From: an uncultured delta proteobacterium
Lineage (GTDB): Bacteria; Desulfobacterota; Binatia; UBA9968
NCBI GenBank assembly: GCA_963745035.1
Contig: CAVUVW010000013.1
Span: forward strand, 128,001 to 192,000
Reading direction: 5' to 3'
DNA length: 64,000 bases
The position numbers and the translations under genes are program-made. Below are positions 10,473 through 19,293 of this stretch, piece by piece. Numbering within the stretch: position 1 is the first letter of the stretch; each line of letters opens with the position of its first letter. The notes under the pieces were generated by a model that was given only the letters and a program-made list of their open reading frames with translations, made no database searches and had not been told where the DNA came from.

Positions 10473-11246
10473 ATGATCGGAGAATCCACTGCGGCGACGC
10501 GGCTTTGCCCGCATTGTGCCAACAGTATCGCGGAAGACGCCGCGAAATGCTTTTATTGCAAGGCCGATTTCTCGTCCGAGCCGGCTCCTCCGTGGCTGAA
10601 GCGCGACGAGCCGTCGTCCCCGCCGAGACGCGCCGCAGCTCATCGTAGAATGCCGGCGGTTCCGGCGAAGTTTCTCTGGACCGGCGCCATGCTCGTCGTC
10701 GCCGTGCTCGCTTTCGTGGCCGGCGGCTACTTGCAGCGCAGCGATCCGTTGCGCGCTGAGGCCAACGTAAAGCAACTTCAAGCGAAGGATCTCATGATCC
10801 AGAGCCAGGAAGGACAGCTCGCGCAAGCGCGGCAGAAGCTCGAAGAGACTTCCAGCCAGCTCGCCGAAACGAAAAGCAAGCTCGAGAAAACCGAAAAGGA
10901 GCTCACGCTCGCTCAGCAGGGCCTCGGCGCCACCCGTCAAGCGGCCATCGCCGCGAATCGGTCTCCCGTTTCCGGTAGAGTTGCATCGCGCGCACCCGCT
11001 GCGTCGCTACCACAGCCGACGTCAGCTCGACAGACGCCAACCACGGGAGTTTACGAGACCACCCGGCCGACGTCAGTCTACGAAGATCCGTCCTCATCTG
11101 CGCGCGTAATCTCGCAAATTGAGCGAGGGACGAGAATCAACGTCGTCGGCTCCAAAGACGGCTGGCTCGAAGTGCGGTCCCGGAGCGGCAATCCTCCAGG
11201 ATATGTGCGCTCCGACGACGCTCGGCTGATCGGCGGAGCGAGCTGA
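10473..11246 (+). CDS. Zinc-ribbon / TM / coiled-coil / SH3b domain protein
   Basis: CPHC...CFYC at N-terminus, one TM helix, heptad region QLAQARQKLEETSSQLAETKSKLE, C-terminal SH3b-like VYEDPS...GWLEVRS...GYV; GGAGG RBS. Confidence 0.7.
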   Translation: MIGESTAATRLCPHCANSIAEDAAKCFYCKADFSSEPAPPWLKRDEPSSPPRRAAAHRRMPAVPAKFLWTGAMLVVAVLAFVAGGYLQRSDPLRAEANVKQLQAKDLMIQSQEGQLAQARQKLEETSSQLAETKSKLEKTEKELTLAQQGLGATRQAAIAANRSPVSGRVASRAPAASLPQPTSARQTPTTGVYETTRPTSVYEDPSSSARVISQIERGTRINVVGSKDGWLEVRSRSGNPPGYVRSDDARLIGGAS

Positions 11247-11623
11247 GAAATGCCCGAAGAGCCCGGGTCTGCAATTCGGGTTTTGATGCGCCAACATGAA
11301 TTTTTGCGAGACATCGCTTCAACCCCGGTGTTCGTGGCGCTTCCGGGAAATGCCGAGACGAAATGCCGAGCCACGCAAATTTTTTCGTAAGTTGTTGCCG
11401 ATGACGCTTCCTCTGAGCGACGAATCAGCAAATACGCGGGGGATCGAGCGCATGGCAGCGATGCGGGAAAACGGACGCGGGTGAATCCCAATCAGCCGCT
11501 GCATCAAGTCTATTCTCCATAAATTCTCAAATCCCCTCGACTTAGAAAATCGGCTTTTATAATGTGGGCCGTGGATTGCTTTCGGTGCCTGCTCAATAGC
11601 CTATTTCCAGGAGGGGACGAACG

Positions 11624-12604
11624 ATGAAAAAAATCATTCCGCCGATGATTTCGTCGCTGTTGATCGGCTTGTTGCTGCTTCCCGGAAAATCGGTCTTCGC
11701 TCTCGATCGAGTCAACGTCACCCTGCCGTCCAAGTCGTTTCAGTTCATCATCTTTCCCCTCGCCAAAGAGCGCGGCTACATGAGGGAGGAAGGAATCGAT
11801 CTCAATATCGTCGTCATGGCATCTACGCCGGGCCTGCAAGCCGTACTCGCCGGCGAAATGGATTTCACCGGTTCCGGCAGCAGCGCCCTGGTCGCCGTCA
11901 CTCAGGGCAATGCGCCGCTCAAAACGGTGCTCGCCGTCAACGATCAGGTGCTGCAGTGGCTGATGGTCCGGCCGCAGTACGGATCATTTAAAGAACTTAA
12001 GGGTAAGAAGGTCGCCGTCACCGGGATCGCCGCAGTGGCGACTTTCATGTTGAAAAAAGTTGCGCCGAAGTACGGCATCGACGCGAACAAGGACCTGACT
12101 TTCCTCGCGCTGCCGCCGGGCCAGCGCCTTGCGGCGCTGCAGTCGGGAGTCGTCGATGCGGGGCTATTGAGCTCCGAGGAGCGCTTCGCCGCCTTCGATC
12201 AAGGCATGAAAGAGATCTTGTACCTGGGCAAAGAGGTGAAAAACTCCTGGGGCACGGTGGCCACCAACGACCAATTCATCAAAGCGAAACCCAAGGTGAT
12301 GCATGGATTCATGCGCGCTCTGCTCAAATCGCTGCGTCTGGTCAAACAGAACCGCGAGGTCGCCATGGACACGATGATGAAATTTTCGGAGCTAGACAGG
12401 CAATTGGCCGCGCGCACTTACGACGGCATGATCGGAACTTTCACCACCAACGGCGTGGTCGACGAAGAAACCCAGAAAAACGATCTCGACATCGTGCGCG
12501 AAGTCCTCAAAGTCAGCAAGGAAGTTCCCATCGAGCGCGCCTACGATTTCAGCTTCGCAAAAAAAGCGGACAGCGAGCTAAGCCAAGCAGGCTGGAAACC
12601 GTAG
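11624..12604 (+). CDS. ABC transporter substrate-binding protein (NMT1/THI5/SsuA-like)
   Basis: Signal peptide; AKERGYMREEGIDLNIV, ELKGKKVAV, RLAALQSGVVDA. Confidence 0.85.
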   Translation: MKKIIPPMISSLLIGLLLLPGKSVFALDRVNVTLPSKSFQFIIFPLAKERGYMREEGIDLNIVVMASTPGLQAVLAGEMDFTGSGSSALVAVTQGNAPLKTVLAVNDQVLQWLMVRPQYGSFKELKGKKVAVTGIAAVATFMLKKVAPKYGIDANKDLTFLALPPGQRLAALQSGVVDAGLLSSEERFAAFDQGMKEILYLGKEVKNSWGTVATNDQFIKAKPKVMHGFMRALLKSLRLVKQNREVAMDTMMKFSELDRQLAARTYDGMIGTFTTNGVVDEETQKNDLDIVREVLKVSKEVPIERAYDFSFAKKADSELSQAGWKP

Positions 12605-12652
12605 GAATTCTACAGGTGGAGTCTTGGCGCGCCCGCCACAGGGTCTCGGCAT

Positions 12653-13040
12653 TTACCGTATACTTTTAGGCCTGGGCATCGCAGCCCTGAATGCAATCTG
12701 GTCTTTCTTTTCTTTGGGTTGGGCCACCGCGTTATACATGGATTTTCCGTCAAAGCGCGCCATACTCGTTAGGTCCGCAAGCTCGTAGAAGCCGGTGTAG
12801 AAATCCCATTGGCTGAACACAAGAAAGTCATAATCCTTTGGGAATACGTCCCGGAGGTGCGCTGCGCTCGAAAACAGCCCCGGCTGCTTTGGGTTGATCG
12901 TCAGCTCGAAAACAACCACGGGGCGGTCGCGCCGCAAGGTTTCGGCGAGACTAAGCAGCGCTGATTTCTCAAATCCATCGATGTCCATCTTGACCAAGTC
13001 GATACGATCTACCCTGTTTTTTTCAGCGCCGCATCACACA
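12653..13040 (-). pseudogene. C-terminal remnant of an FkbM-family methyltransferase
   Basis: DRIDLVKMDIDGFEKSALLSLAETLRRDRPVVVFE is the FkbM C-terminal motif; no N-terminal DxGANxG region upstream before the divergent gene. Confidence 0.65.
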
Positions 13041-13158
13041 AAAGACGGCTATTATGCGCGATACGGATTCGTAGTATGTAAGACTCGATACCAAGTCCCC
13101 GCGATCTTTGAATATCGAAGAAAGGGCCGCTTTGAAAAGGCGGTGAACACATGAATCT

Positions 13159-14325
13159 ATGAAGCGCAGCGCGGAAAGAATTCTCACCACTCATGTCGGC
13201 AGCCTCACCCGACCGGTGGAGATTATCGATGCCATGCGGGCCAGGGTCAATAACGAAACTTACGATCAGGGAAGCTTTGCCGAGAGCTTGCGCAAGGGCG
13301 TATCGGAGATCGTACGCAGGCAGTCCGAAGTCGGCATCGACGTCGTCAGCGACGGGGAGTTCGGCAAGTCGGGGTTCGCGATTTACATCAACGAACGGCT
13401 GGGCGGGTTTGAACGCCGCCCGGGCAATCCCGGGGAGTCCGGCGTCTCGCGCGGCAAGGACCGCCGGGACTTCGCCGACTTCTATCGCGAGTACGATCGC
13501 CTTACGCAGCCTCACCGTCCCACGAGTGTGAAATGGGTGTGTACCGGCCCGATCACCTATGATCCGACTCTGCTCCGGATCGATATCGCCAACTTCAAGA
13601 CGGCGCTCGCGGGCGTAAGCGTGACAGAAGCATTCATGCCGGTCGCCGCGCCGATTACCGTCGAGACCGACCGCCGAAACGAATACTACCCGAGCCAGGA
13701 AGCTTACCTTTATGCCATCGCCGACGCGCTCAAGCAGGAGTACAAGGCGATCGTCGACGCCGGATTTCTCGTTCAGTTGGACGATCCATGGATCACCGCG
13801 CGCTGGGACCAACTGTTACCCGACATCGATCTGAGGGAATTTCAAAAATTTTGCGAAGCGCGCATCGAAGCGACTAACTATGCGCTCGCGGACATTCCGC
13901 GCGAGCGCGTCCGCTACCATATCTGCTGGGGCAGCTGGCATGGACCCCACACCACAGACATTCCGATCAAGCACATCCAGCCGCTCTTCCTGAAGGTCAA
14001 AGCCGGCGCCTATCTGTTCGAAGCAGCAAACGTGCGCCATGAGCATGAATGGATAGTGTGGCAGGACGTCAAGCCACCCGAAGGGGCAGTGCTCATCCCA
14101 GGCGTGGTCACCCATGCGACCAATTTGATCGAGCATCCCGAGCTGGTGGCGCAGCGCATCGTGCGGCTTGCCAAGCTCGTCGGGCGGGAAAACGTGCTTG
14201 CCGGCACCGATTGCGGCTTTTCCCAAGGCCCCTTCAGCGCCAAAGTCCATTCATCGATCCAATGGGCAAAGCTCAAGGCTCTGGTCGAGGGAGCGGAACT
14301 GGCAAGCAAAGAGCTATGGCCGTAG
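13159..14325 (+). CDS. Cobalamin-independent methionine synthase II-like protein (single-barrel MetE / epoxyalkane:CoM-transferase-like family)
   Basis: ILTTHVGSL, SDGEFGK, Zn ligands HICWG, LFEAAN, GTDCGF. Confidence 0.88.
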   Translation: MKRSAERILTTHVGSLTRPVEIIDAMRARVNNETYDQGSFAESLRKGVSEIVRRQSEVGIDVVSDGEFGKSGFAIYINERLGGFERRPGNPGESGVSRGKDRRDFADFYREYDRLTQPHRPTSVKWVCTGPITYDPTLLRIDIANFKTALAGVSVTEAFMPVAAPITVETDRRNEYYPSQEAYLYAIADALKQEYKAIVDAGFLVQLDDPWITARWDQLLPDIDLREFQKFCEARIEATNYALADIPRERVRYHICWGSWHGPHTTDIPIKHIQPLFLKVKAGAYLFEAANVRHEHEWIVWQDVKPPEGAVLIPGVVTHATNLIEHPELVAQRIVRLAKLVGRENVLAGTDCGFSQGPFSAKVHSSIQWAKLKALVEGAELASKELWP

Positions 14326-14414
14326 AAAGTTTCGCGTCTCGAGTTAACCGGAACCCGAAATTCGGAACCGCGTAAGCGCATTCGGCAGTCAGCCATAATT
14401 TAAGAGGAGAATTC

Positions 14415-15177
14415 ATGAAGCAAAAATATTTCGATTGCCATTTTCATATCATCGACAAGAACTTTCCGGTCGTGCCCAACCAAGGATTCATGCCCGACGC
14501 GTTTACCAGCGAGGATTATTTGGCGCGCGTAAAAGCGGTCGATCTCTGCGGCGGCGCGGTGGTGTCCGGGTCTTTCCAGGCTTTCGATCAATCGTACCTG
14601 TTCCACGCGTTGAAGGTCCTCGGCCCAACCTTTGTCGGTGTCACCCAGGTGCCGCAAACCGTTTCGGATCAGGAATTACAGGAGCTCAATAGCGCGGGCG
14701 TTCGCGCCGTCCGTTTCAACGTCAAGCGTGGCGGTTCGGAAGATATTCGCCACCTGGAAAATTTTGCGCGCCGCGTTCATAAGCTGGTCGGCTGGCATAC
14801 AGAGTTGTACGTCGACTCCAGCGAGCTTGCCGATCTTTTCGATACGCTGGCTTCGTTGCCGGCCGTCAGCATCGATCATCTCGGTCTCTCCAAGGCGGGT
14901 TTCCCCACCCTCCTCAAGCTCGCGGAGAAGGGCGTGCGAGTCAAAGCCACCGGTTTCGGTCGAGTGGATTTTGACGTGCGCGGCGCGCTGACGGACCTTT
15001 ACGCCGCCAGTCCGCGGGCGCTCATGTTCGGCACCGACCTGCCGTCCACGCGCGCGCCGAGGCCGTATCAAGACGATGACTACACCTTGGTTCTGGAAAC
15101 ATTGGGAGAGGAAAAGGCGGCGAATGTTTTCTACAAAAATGCCATCGAGTTTCTATCGGCCAAAGAAGGCTGGTTAA
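14415..15177 (+). CDS. Amidohydrolase_2 family protein (2-pyrone-4,6-dicarboxylate lactonase-like)
   Basis: FDCHFH, IDHLG, MFGTDLPS; removing one T near 15150 gives NAIEFYRPKKAG* ending at 15177 (track ORF runs to 15296). Confidence 0.8.
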
Positions 15178-15320
15178 CGAATGTGTGGACGCCGAGAGCG
15201 GTCACCCACTTGACTAACTGGGAATCGCCGCATGCTTCAATCGCAAATGTTTTGAATTTCATCGCGGCTTGGTACACTACTAAGCATCAGGATTAACAAT
15301 CCCTATCAAGAAATCACGCC

Positions 15321-16818
15321 ATGATCCCCGTTTCTGAAAACCATCCCGCCGCCCGATTCGCCTTTGACAATACCTACGCGCGCGAGCTTGAGGATTTCTA
15401 CGTAAGCTGGAAGGCAACGCAAGTCGCGCGGCCCCGGCTCGTCAAGCTCAACCGTGAGTTGGCCGAAGAACTCGCGCTGGACGCCGGCGCTCTCGATTCC
15501 GAGGAAGGCGCGCGGATCTTTGCGGGCAATGAAACCCCCGAAGGCGCGGCGCCGCTGGCTCAAGCGTACGCCGGCCATCAGTTCGGCGGGTTCGTGCCCC
15601 AACTCGGCGACGGCCGGGCGCTGCTCCTCGGCGAGGTGATCGACCGTCACGGACGCCGCCGTGACATTCAGCTCAAAGGCTCGGGCCCCACCCCCTTTTC
15701 GCGCGCCGGCGACGGCCGAGCAGCGCTCGGGCCGGTGCTCCGTGAATATTTGCTCGGCGAAGCGATGCACGCGCTCGGCATTCCGACGACGCGGGCGCTC
15801 GCCGCCGTCATCACGGGCGAGCCAGTCTTTCGCGAGACTGCGCTGCCGGGTGCGGTTTTGACGCGCGTTGCCGCGAGCCACATCCGTGTCGGCACTTTCC
15901 AATTTTTCGCCGCGCGCGGCGAGCAGGACAAGGTGCGCCGCCTGGCCGACTACGTGATCGATCGCCACTACCCCGAACTAAGGGAACACGCCAATCCCTA
16001 TGTGGCATTGCTCGAGCGCGTGCGCGACAGTCAGGCCGCCCTGGTCGCGAGCTGGATGCATGTGGGGTTCATCCACGGTGTGATGAACACCGACAACATG
16101 GCGATCTCCGGAGAGACCATCGACTACGGCCCCTGCGCCTTCATGGATCACTACGATCCGGCCACAGTGTTCAGCTCCATCGACACTCGCGGCCGCTATG
16201 CCTACGCCAGTCAGCCGAAGATCGCGCAATGGAATATTGCGCGCTTTGCCGAGACCCTCCTGCCTCTCATCGATACCGATGGCAAGCGGGCGGTCGCGCG
16301 GGCCACTGAAGCGGTCAATGCCTTTTCGGAACAATACGAACGTCACTGGCTAAAGGGCATGCGTGCCAAGCTCGGGCTGATCTGGTGAAGAGGAGGCCGA
16401 TCTAAACCTCGCCACGGGATTTCTGACCGCGATGGATGGCAGAAACGTCGACCACACGTTGGCTTTCCGTTACCTCGCCGATGCGGCCTTGGGTCGGGAG
16501 GAACCGATCCGCGCGCTGTTTGCCGATCCCTCCGCTTACGATCTCTGGAGCGAACACTGGCGCGCGCGGCTTGCGCGCGACGCGATGGCGCCTTCGGAGC
16601 GAGCGCAGGCGATGCGCCGCGTCAATCCAGCGTTCATTCCGCGCAACCATCGCGTCGAGGAAGCCTTGAGCGCCGCAGTGGAGCGCGGCGATTACGCGCC
16701 TTTCGAGACCCTGCTGCATATCCTATCGCGTCCCTTCGACGATCAGCCCGAGTTCGTCGCCTTTGCCGAACCTCCGCCGGAAGGGCAAGGTCATTACCGA
16801 ACCTTCTGAGGTACCTGA
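15321..16818 (+). CDS. selO: SelO/YdiU protein adenylyltransferase, probably with Sec at TGA 16807-16809; one indel near 16383
   Basis: [59 protein letters not shown]; C-terminus YRTF-TGA-GT-TGA. Confidence 0.93.
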
Positions 16819-16823
16819 GTCGA

Positions 16824-16841
16824 CGCGTCCGGGCCGACGCG
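16824..16841 (+). promoter_or_regulatory. Candidate bacterial SECIS hairpin
   Basis: CGCGTC-CGGGCC-GACGCG: 6-bp stem, apical loop beginning after a 20-nt spacer from the UGA, G at loop position 2. Confidence 0.65.
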
Positions 16842-16886
16842 AAATTATCACAAGCTTCGTCAGCAAGAACCAAGGATCGGAGATTG

Positions 16887-16969
16887 CACCGCAGAGCCGC
16901 TGAGGGCGCCGAGTAAAAGTTTTTGATAGACATTGCTCCGAACTCAGCGAACTCTGTGCCTCTGCGGTG
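16887..16969. repeat. Palindromic intergenic element (CACCGCAGAG...CTCTGCGGTG class)
   Basis: 10-bp perfect terminal inverted repeat plus inner CGCTGAG/CTCAGCG pairing. Confidence 0.7.
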
Positions 16970-17021
16970 AAAAATTTCTTCAGACGAAACTCGCAAGAAC
17001 CGGAGGCGCATCGAACTCGGC

Positions 17022-17780
17022 ATGGCGCAAAAATTTTACGTGGTTTGGTCGGGACGGCAGACCGGCGTATTCACCGACTGGGCAACGACCCAGCGCGCCG
17101 TGGATAAGTTTGTCGGCGCGCGCTTCAAGTCCTTCCCGACCCGTGCGGAAGCGGAGGAAGCGTTTGCGCGCGGCGGCGCCGCAAACGTTCCGAACAGAAC
17201 GTCAAGCGATCAAAAAGCCGGTGCACGCGCAAATAACCGCGCTGCCCCGCATAACGCTCACCAATTCGATGTCACCATCTATTGCGACGGCGCCTGCGAG
17301 CCCAATCCCGGCAACGCCGGCTCCGGCATCGTAGTGTATCGAGCCGGCAAACTCGCGGAGTTATGGTACGGCCTGTACAACCCGATGGGCACCAACAACA
17401 CCGCCGAGCTGAATGCTCTCTATCACGCGCTGCGCATGGCCGAAGCAGAGATCGACGCCGGCAAAACCGTCGAGGTGTGCAGCGACTCGGCGTACTCCAT
17501 CAATTGCGTTCGCACCTGGGCGTCAAGCTGGGAGAAGAAAGGCTGGAAAAAATCCGGCGGCGAGATCAAGAACCTGGAAATCATCCAGGCCTGTTACACG
17601 ATCTACGGCCGTATCAAAGACAAGCTCACACTTACCCACGTCGCCGGCCACGCCGGCAACGAAGGAAACGAGCTCGCCGACCGCATGGCCATGCTCGCCG
17701 TGCAGAGCAAACAAAAAGACCTGCGTCTCTATCAGGAAACCATGGATATCCCGACGCTGCTCAAGATGCGCGCGGGGTGA
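17022..17780 (+). CDS. rnhA: Ribonuclease HI with N-terminal hybrid-binding (viroplasmin/Cauli_VI) domain
   Basis: KFYVVWSGRQTGVFTDW...FKSF; catalytic residues YCDGAC, TNNTAEL, SDSAY, HAG..GNELAD. Confidence 0.9.
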   Translation: MAQKFYVVWSGRQTGVFTDWATTQRAVDKFVGARFKSFPTRAEAEEAFARGGAANVPNRTSSDQKAGARANNRAAPHNAHQFDVTIYCDGACEPNPGNAGSGIVVYRAGKLAELWYGLYNPMGTNNTAELNALYHALRMAEAEIDAGKTVEVCSDSAYSINCVRTWASSWEKKGWKKSGGEIKNLEIIQACYTIYGRIKDKLTLTHVAGHAGNEGNELADRMAMLAVQSKQKDLRLYQETMDIPTLLKMRAG

Positions 17781-18090
17781 CTGGTCCAAACCGCCGCAGG
17801 AACCGTTCTGCACCCGATTCTTGGCGGCGTCCGCGGCGAACTCCAGATCGAGGGTCATTCTTCAATCCCTCCCAACGACTATGGGCAACCCTATCCCTCT
17901 ATTTACTTATTTAGCGCGCGGCATTTCGATCGTTTTTATGTGACGCCTTCTGAGTGAATCGATCACTGCTCGTTCATCCCCGGATGCGTGCGCTGCCTAA
18001 TTGACTTGGCAACAATCGAGTAGTTAGATTTTAGTCACCTACGGTAATGTATGTCTCCACGCGACGATCTGTTTGATCATGGAGGACAAA

Positions 18091-18528
18091 ATGTCGCTGA
18101 TCATGACGCAACAAGAGCGCGAGGCGTTTCTCGCCGATGTTCACGTCGGCGTCATCAGTATTTCCGACGAAGGCAGAGGACCGCTCACGGTGCCGATCTG
18201 GTATGCCTATGACCCGGGAGGAGATTTGCGAATAATGACCGGCAGGGAATCGCAGAAGGGACGGCTGCTTGCGCGAGCGGGGCGATTCAGCCTCTGCGCC
18301 CAAACGGAGAACCCACCGTACAAATACGTGAGTGTGGAGGGCGCCATCGTTTCCACTGAAGCGGCGGATATCGAGCGCGATCTGCGCCCGCTCGCCCGCC
18401 GCTACCTGGGACAAAAAATGGGCGATCGCTATGTCGAGGAAACGCGAAATTTACCGACGCATAGCGACAACGTACTTATCCGCATGCGTCCTGAGCGGTG
18501 GCTGACCACCGATTATGCAAAAGAATAG
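18091..18528 (+). CDS. Pyridoxamine 5'-phosphate oxidase-like split-barrel (flavin/F420-binding) protein
   Basis: EREAFLADVHVGV, PLTVPIWY, YKYVSVEG, RPERWLTTDY; GGAGG RBS. Confidence 0.8.
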   Translation: MSLIMTQQEREAFLADVHVGVISISDEGRGPLTVPIWYAYDPGGDLRIMTGRESQKGRLLARAGRFSLCAQTENPPYKYVSVEGAIVSTEAADIERDLRPLARRYLGQKMGDRYVEETRNLPTHSDNVLIRMRPERWLTTDYAKE

Positions 18529-18639
18529 GGCGCTGTGTGATGAGCAGCAGCATCTGACTCCGGCCGTTCGGAACTAGCCGAATCCCGATCAGGGTTGACC
18601 GCGCGGTTTAATCCTATCGATCCATCGCCGCGCGGCACG

Positions 18640-19062
18640 CTAGGCGCCGGATCGGAGGCTGCCGTAGATGCGCTCGGGTGTGACAAGAACTATGTTGCGC
18701 TCTTCCTTACGCATCTGCTCGGCGAATTCCTCGTCTGTGCCCTTGGGCGCCCGGCCCATAGACGTGTAGAGATCTTTTAGCCGCTTGAGGTGCGCCGGCG
18801 TGTTTTGCCAGGGCTCGATGGACGCCGGACCTTCGACGGTGACGTAGCGCCGCGTGTCGAGCTTGACGACTGTGACTGTCGCCCGCCCTGTCCGCTGAAT
18901 GTTCTTGACCTTCACCGTCCATCCCCGCGAGGCGAATCCGACCTTGCCGTCGAGCACCGCCGTCGAGACGATGGTCGACTGCGCACGGCCTTTCGGCGTC
19001 ACGCTGATCGCGACGCCGGTGTGATTTTCTTGGAGCAGGGGGAGTGCTTCATTCCATTCCAT
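18640..19062 (-). CDS. PPOX-class (putatively F420-dependent) oxidoreductase
   Basis: KVKNIQRTGRATV, YVTVEG, MRKEERNIVLVTPERIYG; GGAGG RBS. Confidence 0.78.
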   Translation of the reverse strand: MEWNEALPLLQENHTGVAISVTPKGRAQSTIVSTAVLDGKVGFASRGWTVKVKNIQRTGRATVTVVKLDTRRYVTVEGPASIEPWQNTPAHLKRLKDLYTSMGRAPKGTDEEFAEQMRKEERNIVLVTPERIYGSLRSGA

Positions 19063-19293
19063 CTAATTGTTCCTCCAAAAATTAAAGTGTTGTCTGCTTA
19101 CCACGATAAACTCGGCACGTATAACTCCGCCCGCCGCGATGAGTCAAGCTGGATGGTAGCAGATTGATGCTGCGAGGAGTAACCGCACCCGGATTAGCCG
19201 CCTTTCTGCGACGCGCGCTTTCCGTCATGCGTGAAGAGCCAACCCGAGTGTGTTAAGTTATTTTCCTTTCCATCGGCAATGCTCGAGTGTGTT

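Noticed and set aside
11250-11620. TPP or other riboswitch ahead of the NMT1-like binding protein
   Set aside because: No recognisable aptamer core in the proper arrangement; only a TATAAT at 11558-11563 and a short GAAATGCCGAG duplication. An Rfam scan would settle it.
13159-14325. Epoxyalkane:coenzyme M transferase implying alkene metabolism
   Set aside because: No alkene monooxygenase or CoM genes are nearby; single-barrel MetE-like paralogues are common and their substrate cannot be assigned from motifs.
17022-17780. Viral origin implied by the viroplasmin domain
   Set aside because: It is the ordinary hybrid-binding domain of a known RNase HI subtype; there are no phage or retroelement genes nearby.
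17523-17858. Minus-strand ORF MTLDLEFAADAAK with a GGGAGG RBS
   Set aside because: It runs antisense into rnhA after ~26 codons with no recognisable domain; at most a truncated gene start.
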